This document shows positions 1 through 9,200 of a DNA stretch of 64,000 nucleotides, in pieces. The notes beneath the pieces were generated by a model that had not been told where the DNA came from, did no database searches, and was given only the letters and a program-made list of their open reading frames with translations. Where the stretch lies: contig OZ244960.1 in the NCBI GenBank assembly GCA_965222605.1, forward strand, positions 928,001 through 992,000. Reading direction: 5' to 3'. The stretch's first letter is position 1. Each line of letters begins with the position of its first letter. Both the position numbers and the translations under genes were made by a program. The stretch is from Candidatus Latescibacterota bacterium (GTDB lineage Bacteria > Latescibacterota > UBA2968).

Positions 1-2
1 CA

Positions 3-3000
3 CCTCAGAAGGTTGTCACTCCGGTCTGTGACCGCAGCCCGCAAGTGCGCGACGCAATCGTAGCCGAGGTCTCAGGTGTCAACACATGCGGCGCTGTGAC
101 GGAGGCACATCTCGCTGTGATTAAAAGCCTTAATCTGACTTCGAAGATCACATTTCTAAAGGACGGTGATTTTTCTGGTCTCTCGTCGCTAGAATACCTT
201 AACCTGTCTGGCAACAGTTTAACCCGTTTGGAAGCAGGTATTTTTTCTGATCTCTCGTCGCTGACATCCCTCTACCTGAATCGCAACCAGTTGACGACCC
301 TTCCTGCGGACTTATTTTCTGATCTCTCGTCGCTAAAATACCTCGACCTGAGCATCAATCAATTTACAACCCTTCCTGCGGGCGTTTTTTCCGGCCTCTC
401 GTCGCTCACAGGGATTAATCTGTTTTTCAACCAGTTGACGACCCTTCCCGTGGGCGTATTTTCTGATCTCTCGTCGCTGACAGAACTCTCCCTACGTGAA
501 CAGCAGTTGAGGTCCCTTCCTGCAGGCGTTTTTTCCGGCCTCTCGTCGCTGACCTCTCTTGACCTGTCTGACAACGATTTAACCCTTTTGGAAGCAGGCG
601 TTTTTTCTGGGCTACCAACGCTGACATCCCTCAACCTGTCTGACAATGATTTAACCCTTTTGGAAGCAGGCGTTTTTTCTGGGCTACCAACGCTGACATC
701 CCTTGACCTATCTGGCAACTCAGTTGACCCCTTGCCTCTGACCCTTTCCCTGGAATTAGTGGAGGAAGGCCAATTCAAAGCCACGGCACTCCCGGGCGCA
801 CCCTTTAACATCGTGTTGCCTCTCACCGTCACGAATGGCACCATTGACGGTGGGGCAAGCAGCATCACGATTCCTGTCGGACGGGCGGAGAGCGAACCTC
901 TCACAGTCTCCCGCACGCAGGGCACAACGCGTGCCGTCACCGTTGATATCGGCACGTTGCCGTATCGTCCCAGTGGCCATACAGGCTATTCTCTCGCCGA
1001 ATCTGCCACCTTGCCGCTGACAGTAATCAGTCGCCTGCCGGGGAACGCCACGCCGTCAGTCTGTGACCGCACCGGACAAGTGCGTGATGCGATTATGAAC
1101 AAGCTTCCGCATATAGAAAATTGCAGCTTTGTGAGGGAAGAGAACCTGGCGACGATTAATTCTCTCTCGCTTCGTCTCGGACGCGAAGATCTGACATCAG
1201 GCGATTTTTCTGGCCTGACCGCGCTGGACACCCTCCGCCTGAATTACAACGATTTCACCAGTTTGCCGAAGGACATCTTTGATGGGCTGACTAAACTGAC
1301 ATTTATCGAGATAGGGCGTAACGACCAACTGAGTAGCCTGCCAGATGGCATCTTTGACGACTTAATCGAACTGACACATCTCCACCTATATGACAACAGA
1401 AGACTGAGTAGCCTGCCTGAGAGTATCTTGGACGGCTTGACCAAGCTGACACATCTCAATCTGGATGGCAACAGTCTCACCAGCCTGCCATCAGACCTTT
1501 TTTCTGGCCTGACCGCACTGGATACCCTCCGCCTGTATGACAATCAACTGAGCAGTCTGCCAGATGGTATCTTTTCCGGTCTGACCGCACTAAAATTTCT
1601 CAACTTAACGTACAACACCGTTGATCCACTGCCTATTACCATTTCATTGGAAAAAGTTGAGGCAAGAGAGTTCAAAGCCAGAGCGCACACCGGCGCGCCG
1701 TTTCCCATCACGTTGCCGGTCAGCACCACCAACGGCACGATTGCCGGTGGGACTACCACCATCACGATTCCCACTGGCCGCGTGGAAAGTGCCCCCCTTA
1801 CAGTATTTCGCACATCTGGCACGACAGGTCCTATCACTGCGGATATCGGCACCTTGCCAGATCTGCCACGAGGACCAGATCTGCCACCTGGACATTACCA
1901 CAGGGGCTACGAACTCGTCAAATCCACCGACTTACCGCTGGAAGTCAGTGCTCCCTCTGTCAGTCAACCCGGCTTTGCTCCGGCAGATCAGAATGTTTTT
2001 AACACGCTTGTTGTTGGCAAAGTCCTATCAGTAGAGACCTATTATATCGAGTTTGGGACTGCTGGCCGTTTTGAGGAAGAAGAGGATAGATATCCGGGAA
2101 GCTATACTTATTCAAATGAGGGTGCGAATACTGGCACACTGACGCAATACTATGATGAGGGGCAGTACGGCGGTAGCTGCACAACTGAACTAACCTTCAC
2201 TTCAACGACTGCAGGCACATTACGCTACAAATGTGGTGCCGAAAATTACAGTTCAACGGATCAGTGGCGGCTTTCCGACGTGCCCGACCCCAACGCCTTC
2301 AATATCGAGGTCGTTTGGGTTGGACCCGAGCCCTCTGCAACGAACAAGGCAGCCTTTGATGCCGCGGTTGCACATTGGGAGAGCGTCATTACAGGCGACA
2401 TCGCTAATATTTTTATTCCTCCTGATTATGGGGTAGCCAATATTTTTAAAAATTACGAAGGTCCGGAAAAGATATTCGGTCTCATAGACGACCTGCGGAT
2501 CTACGCATACCTCACTCCCATTGACGGCGAAGGTCGCACCCTGGCGTCGGCAGGACCCGTACTCTGGCGCTGGTCATCAAATCTTCCGGCCGTATCCCAA
2601 ATGAAATTCGACACCGACGACCTGGTCTATTATACCCCTGTAGCTCTGCAAGATGTCGTCCTGCATGAGATGGCGCACGCTTTGGGGTTCGGCACTTTGT
2701 GGACCAAACACAGTTTGCTGCAAAATCTGTCACTCGACTCGTTTGGCCAGCCTATCGCTGGCCCACCCGATACCCATTTCACGGGCGACGGGGCGGTCAC
2801 AGCATTCAATAGAGCAGGCGGGTTGAGCTACACGGGTGAGAAGGTGCCAGTGGAGAATGAGAAAGGGGGGTCGGGTACACAGGATAGTCATTGGCGACAG
2901 TCCGTGTTCGGCCCCAATGAACTCATGGAAGGATTTGCTGACACTGGGGCTACGATACACGTACCGATGAGCGAGATCACGATCCAGTCTCTGGCCGATT

Positions 3001-3191
3001 TGGGCTACATCGTCGATATCGGTCGGGCTGCCCCGTACGCACTACCCTCTCCTGCCGCTGCTAAATTGGCGATATTATCTAAGCACCTGATCCCGCTCAA
3101 CTGCATCATATCGCAACCCATCGGCGTGATTGATGAGAACAAGCCGACCAGCCAGAAGTCTGCGCGCTTCAAAAGGCATAAGGATCAATGA
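3..3191 (+). CDS. Secreted LRR protein with two LRR/Ig-like blocks and a C-terminal leishmanolysin-like (M8) zinc metallopeptidase; 5' end lies outside the window
   Basis: The frame is open from base 3 (PQKVVTPVCDRSPQVRDAIV), matching the second LRR cap VCDRTGQVRDAIM. Shows 24-aa LRRs (LxxLxLxxNxLxxLPxxxF), the HEMAHALG zinc motif and downstream SHW...ELM. Confidence 0.85.
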   Translation, partial: PQKVVTPVCDRSPQVRDAIVAEVSGVNTCGAVTEAHLAVIKSLNLTSKITFLKDGDFSGLSSLEYLNLSGNSLTRLEAGIFSDLSSLTSLYLNRNQLTTLPADLFSDLSSLKYLDLSINQFTTLPAGVFSGLSSLTGINLFFNQLTTLPVGVFSDLSSLTELSLREQQLRSLPAGVFSGLSSLTSLDLSDNDLTLLEAGVFSGLPTLTSLNLSDNDLTLLEAGVFSGLPTLTSLDLSGNSVDPLPLTLSLELVEEGQFKATALPGAPFNIVLPLTVTNGTIDGGASSITIPVGRAESEPLTVSRTQGTTRAVTVDIGTLPYRPSGHTGYSLAESATLPLTVISRLPGNATPSVCDRTGQVRDAIMNKLPHIENCSFVREENLATINSLSLRLGREDLTSGDFSGLTALDTLRLNYNDFTSLPKDIFDGLTKLTFIEIGRNDQLSSLPDGIFDDLIELTHLHLYDNRRLSSLPESILDGLTKLTHLNLDGNSLTSLPSDLFSGLTALDTLRLYDNQLSSLPDGIFSGLTALKFLNLTYNTVDPLPITISLEKVEAREFKARAHTGAPFPITLPVSTTNGTIAGGTTTITIPTGRVESAPLTVFRTSGTTGPITADIGTLPDLPRGPDLPPGHYHRGYELVKSTDLPLEVSAPSVSQPGFAPADQNVFNTLVVGKVLSVETYYIEFGTAGRFEEEEDRYPGSYTYSNEGANTGTLTQYYDEGQYGGSCTTELTFTSTTAGTLRYKCGAENYSSTDQWRLSDVPDPNAFNIEVVWVGPEPSATNKAAFDAAVAHWESVITGDIANIFIPPDYGVANIFKNYEGPEKIFGLIDDLRIYAYLTPIDGEGRTLASAGPVLWRWSSNLPAVSQMKFDTDDLVYYTPVALQDVVLHEMAHALGFGTLWTKHSLLQNLSLDSFGQPIAGPPDTHFTGDGAVTAFNRAGGLSYTGEKVPVENEKGGSGTQDSHWRQSVFGPNELMEGFADTGATIHVPMSEITIQSLADLGYIVDIGRAAPYALPSPAAAKLAILSKHLIPLNCIISQPIGVIDENKPTSQKSARFKRHKDQ

Positions 3192-3259
3192 AATCTCGAA
3201 AAATATATTAGCTAATTTTTTGACAGACCACTTATTGACAAACCTGTACACGGTTAATC

Positions 3260-6200
3260 ATGAAACCTCCTGTTAAATTTCTCTCCTTCATACTCAGCAT
3301 CACCAGTCTGCTGAGCCTGATCTTCTTGATTTACCCGCGGTCGCTATCCCCTCAGACCCGCAGCTTTTCCCTTTCTCTGGACCTGGATAATTCTGTGGGT
3401 GATCAAGCGGCGTCCTCTCTCGATGCATCTCCCAATCAAGTTATTTCTATTCAGATCTTTGGCAAAGATATTCAAAATGCCAATGGCTTTTCTACGCTAT
3501 TTGAATACGATGCAACCCAGGTTGTTTACGAAAAATTTGATGTGGGCGATATATTGCCCAATCCACTTGTAGAGCAAGATTCGATTACCGTCTTACAACA
3601 CAACGCGACAAGCGTTGTCCAGATCGACATGACGTCTTTGGATGAAGCTACAACAGCCAACAGCAGCCTGATTGGCACACTGCGTTTTCGCACCACAGAT
3701 GCGTTTTCAAACACAGAGATTCGATTGGTGCGTGCTGGCCTTGACAGGGAGGGACAGTTCGAGATTGTGACCACGACCACCAGCGTTGCTTTAGGGATCG
3801 CATCACCTTCTCTCGACTTTGACGGCAGTGGGATTGTGGATTTTCCCGACTTTTTGATGTTTGTAAGCGCGTTTGGGTCCGAGGAGGGTCAAGATAAGTA
3901 CGATTCAAAATACGACCTCAATAGCGATGGCAAAATTGCTTTTGAAGACCTTCTGATCTTAACCGACAACTTTGGCAAAAGCGTCGTAGCACAGAAGTCA
4001 CCAACCCCACCAACGCCACCTACTTCACCGGGCCAGGGCAATGCTCGTCCTGATCTGATAGTTGAATCGCCTAAAGTCAGCGATAGCAACCCGGAAGCAG
4101 GCGATTATTTCACGCTGAGTGTGACTGTTCGCAATCAGGGTACTGGTAATTCTCCGATCCTTATGAGGTTGAGCTATTATCTATCAACCGACGAAACGAT
4201 CTCGACAAGTGATACGGAAGTGGGCTGGGACCTCGTGAGCCGTCTTGATCCTTCTGAAACCAGCGATGAGTCGGATCGCGTGAGAGCACCGTCGAGTGGT
4301 GGTACATACTACTACGGAGCCTGTATCGAGGTTGTGTCTGGCGAATCCGACACAGGAAACAACTGCTCCAGTGCTGTCGCCGTCACTGTTCTTGGTTCTG
4401 ACTTAATCGTCGAATCGCCTTCCGTCGATAATAACACCCCGGGACCGGGGGAATCTTTCTACCTGAGTGCAACTGTTCGCAATCAGGGTGGAGGGCGGTC
4501 ATCCTCTACAACATTGCGCTATTATCTGTCAACCGACGAAACGATTACGACGAGTGACACAGAAGTAGGTACGGACTATGTGAGCCGCCTTGATGCTTCT
4601 GAAACCAGCGAAGAGTCTGTTCGTTTGAGCGCACCGTCGAGTGAAGGAACGTATTACTATGGAGCTTGTGTCGAGGCAGCGTCTGGCGAATCTGACACAG
4701 GAAATAACTGTTCCAGTGCTGTCGCCGTCACTGTTATTGGTCCTGACTTAATCGTTGAACCGCCTTCCGTCAGCGATAGTAGTCCGGATGCAGGTGCATA
4801 CTTCACGCTGAGTGCGACTGTTCGCAATCAGGGTGGCAGTCGATCTGACTTCACGACATTGCGCTATTATCTGTCAACTGATGAGACAATATCGACAAGT
4901 GATACAGAAGTGACTACGGACTTCGTGAGCCGCCTTGATCCTTCTGAGGCCGGTGATGAGTCTGCTCGTATAAGAGCACCGTCAAGTGCTGGCACATACT
5001 ACTACGGAGCCTGTGTCGAAAGCGTCACTGGGGAGAGCGATACAGGAAACAACTGCTCCACTGCTGTCACCGTGACCGTAGGCGGCACATCTCCCCCGCC
5101 TCCACCTCCGCCCACTCCCACACCGAGCGGATCGCCGGGCAGACCCGATGCACCCACAGTCACGGCTTCAACATTGAACAGCCTGAGTGTGCGTTGGTCT
5201 GCACCGACTAATACCGGATCTGCCATCAGCGACTACGACGTGCAGTACAGGGAAGCAGGAGGTAGTTTCACCGATTGGCCCCATACTGGCACAAGCACGA
5301 CGACAACAATCACGGGCTTGACCGCGAACACCCGTTACGAAGTACAGGTACGGGCGCGCAATGCTCAGGGAGAGAGCAACTGGTCGCCATCGGGTAGTGG
5401 CACAACCAGTAGTAGTGGTGGTAGTGGTAATAATCCAGATCTAATTGTTGAAACGCCTACAGTCAGCGATAGCAGTCCGATTGCAGGTTCTTATTTCAAG
5501 ATGCGTACGCTTGTTCGCAATCAGGGTGGCGGGCGGTCTGCCTCTACGACGTTGCGCTATTATCTATCAACCGATGAGACCATCACGACAGACGATACGG
5601 AAATAGGTACGGACTATTTGAGTCGCTTTTATACAACCAACCATGAGTCTGTTACTTTGCAAGCCCCGTCGAGTGAGGGCACGTATTACTATGGGGCCTG
5701 TGTCGATGCTGTCACTGGCGAATCCGACACAGGAAACAACTGCTCCAGTGCTGTCACCGTTACTGTTCTTAGCTCTGACTTAGTCGTTGAAACGCCTACA
5801 GTCAGCGAAAGTAGCCCAAAGGCAGGTGCATATTTCACGTTGAGTGCCACTGTTCGCAATCTGGGTGGTGGCGCGGCTCACTCTACGATATTGCGCTATT
5901 ATCTGTCAACCGACGAAACGATTACGACAAGTGACACAGAAGTAGGCACGGACTATTTGAGTGGTGTTTCGGCTTATGGAACCAACCATGAATCTGCTTA
6001 TTTGAGGGCACCTTCGAGTGATGGCACATATTACTATGGGGCCTGTGTCGAGGCAGTCACTGGCGAATCCGACACAGGAAACAACTGCTCCAGTGCTGTC
6101 ACTGTAACCGTGGGCGGCACATCTCCCCCGCCCCCACCTCCGCCCACTCCCACACCGAGCGGATCGCCGGGCAGACCCGATGCACCTGTAGTCACATCCT

Positions 6201-9200
6201 CAACATTGAACAGCCTGAGCTTGCGCTGGACAGCACCGACTAATACAGGCTCCGCAATCAGCGACTACGATATACAGTACAGGGCGACAGGAGGCAGCTT
6301 CACCGATTGGCCCCATACTGGCACGAGCACGACGACAACAATCACGGGCTTGACCGCGAACATCCGTTACGAAGTACAGGTACGGGCGCGCAATGCCCAG
6401 GGAGAGAGCAACTGGTCGCCATCGGGCAGTGGCACGACCAGTAGTAGTGGTGGCAGTGGTGGTAGTGGTAATAACCCCGATCTAATTGTCGAATCGCCTG
6501 CAGTCAGCGATAGTAGTCCGGATGCAGGCGCGTATTTCACGCTGAGTGCTACTGTTCGCAACCAGGGCGGCAGTCGGTCTGCCTCTACCACATTGCGCTA
6601 CTATCTGTCAACCGATGAGACCATCACGACAAGTGATACGGAAGTAGAATCCGACTACGTGACCCGCCTTGATCCTTCTGCAATTAGTGATGAGTCCGCT
6701 CGGATAGAGGCACCATCCAGTGAGGGCACATATTACTATGGCGCCTGTGTCGAGCCGGTGGATGGCGAATCTGACACAGGAAATAACTGTTCCAGTGCTA
6801 TCACCGTCACTGTTCTCGGCTCTGACTTGGTCGTCGAACCGCCTTCCGTTAGCAATAGTAGTCCGGGGCCAGGCGCATCCTTCACATTGAGCGCAACTGT
6901 TCGCAACCAGGGTGGCGGCGCGGCTCCCTCTACTACATTGCGCTATTATCTGTCAACCGATGAGACCATCACGACAGGTGATCAGGAAATAGAAACCAGC
7001 TACGTTAGCTCCCTTGATCCCTCTGAAACCAGTGATGAGAGGGCTTATTTGAACGCACCATCGAGCGAAGGCACGTATTACTATGGTGCCTGTGTCGAAA
7101 GCGTCACCGGGGAGAGCGATACGGGCAACAACTGCTCCAGTGCTGTCACTGTCACTGTTAGTGGTTCTGACTTAATCGTTGAATCGCCTACGGTCGATAA
7201 CAACACCCCGGGACCGGGGGAGTCTTTCTACCTGAGTGCGACAGTGCGCAATCAAGGTGGTAGTCGGTCTAACTATACCACATTGCGCTATTATCTATCA
7301 ACCGACGAAACGATTACGACAAGCGATACGGAGGTAGATACGGACTCTGTGACCCGCCTTGATCCTTCTGAAACCAGCGAGGAATCTGTTCGTTTAGCGG
7401 CACCGTCAAGCGAGGGCACGTATTACTACGGAGCCTGTGTCGAGGCGGTGGATGGAGAATCTGATACAGGAAACAACTGCTCCAGTGCTGTCGCCGTCAC
7501 TGTTAGTGGTTCTGACTTAATCGTCGAATCACCTACAGTCAGCGAAAGTAGCCCGAAGGCTGGTGCATCCTTCAGGCTGTATGCCACTGTTCGCAATCAG
7601 GGTGGCAGTCGGTCTGCCTCTACCACATTGCGCTATTACCTGTCAATCGATGTGACGATCAATACGAACGATCAGGAAGTAGATACGGACTACGTGAGCC
7701 GCCTTGCCCCTTCTGAAACCAGCGAGGAATATGCTTTTTTGAGGGCACCGTCGAGTGATGGCACATATTACTATGGAGCCTGTGTCGAGGCTGTCACTGG
7801 TGAATCCGACACAGGTAACAACTGCTCCAGTGCTGTCACCATGACCGTGGGTAGCACAACTCCCCCACCCCCACCCACTCCCAACCAGCCCCCAGTATTC
7901 AGTGAAGGCGCGAGCACGACCCGAAGCATGGCAGAGAACACAGGGGCAGGTCAAAACATCGGGAACCTGGTCAGTGCAACAGATAGCGACAGAGACCGCC
8001 TCACCTACAGCCTCGAAGGCAGGGATGCCAGAGCATTCACCATCATCTCAGGCAGTGGTCAGATCAGGACCCGATCGGGCGTGAGCTATGACTATGAGAC
8101 ACAGAACAGCTATTCAGTAACCGTGCGGGCACAGGACGGCAAAGGCGGCAGTGCGACCATCGCCGTGACCATCACCCTCACCGATGAGAACGAAACGCCG
8201 GGCAGGCCAGATGCGCCCACAGTCACAGCCTCAACATTGAACAGCCTGAGCCTGCGCTGGACAACACCGACTAACTCCGGATCTGCCATCAGCGACTACG
8301 ATGTGCAATACAGGGAAGCAGGCGACAGCTTCAACGACTGGCCCCATACTGGGACGAGCACGAGCACGACGATCACTGGATTGACCGCAAACACCCGTTA
8401 CGAAGTGCAGGTGCGCGCGCGCAATGCCCAGGGAGTGAGCAACTGGTCGCCATCAGTTACCGGGACGACCACAGCCAATCAGTCCCCAGTGTTCAGTGAG
8501 GGAGCCAGCACAACCCGCAGCATAGCAGAGAACACAGGCGCAGGTCAGAACATCGGAAACCCGGTCAGTGCGACAGATGGCGACAACGACCAGCTTACCT
8601 ACAGCCTCCAGGGCAGGGATGCCTCTGCATTCACTGTCCAGTCAAGTAGTGGTCAACTCAGAACCCGATCGGGTGTAACCTACGACTATGAGACAAAGGA
8701 TACCTATTCGGTAACCGTGCGGGCACAGGACGGCAAAGGCGGCAGTGCAACCATTGCCGTGGAGATCACCCTCACCGATGAGAACGAACCACCGGGCAGA
8801 CCTGCTGCACCTACAGTCACTGCTTCATCTAATAGCCTGAGTCTGCGCTGGACAGCACCGACGAACCTCGGCCCTGCCATCAGCGACTACGATATACAGT
8901 ACAGAACGACAGGAGGTAATTTCACCGACTGGCCCCATACGGGCACGAGCACGACAACGGCAATCACGGGCTTGGCGGAGAACACCCCTTACGAGGTACA
9001 GGTGCGAGCGATCAATGACGAAGGCATAGGCGACTGGTCGCCATCGGGTAGTGGCACGACCAGTAGTACTGGTGCTAATAATCCCGATCTGATAGTTGAA
9101 TCACCTTCGGTCGATAATAACACCCTGTCACCAGAGCAATACTTCAGGCTAAGTGCGACTGTTCGCAATCAGGGTGGCAGTCGGTCCTCCTCCACGACAT

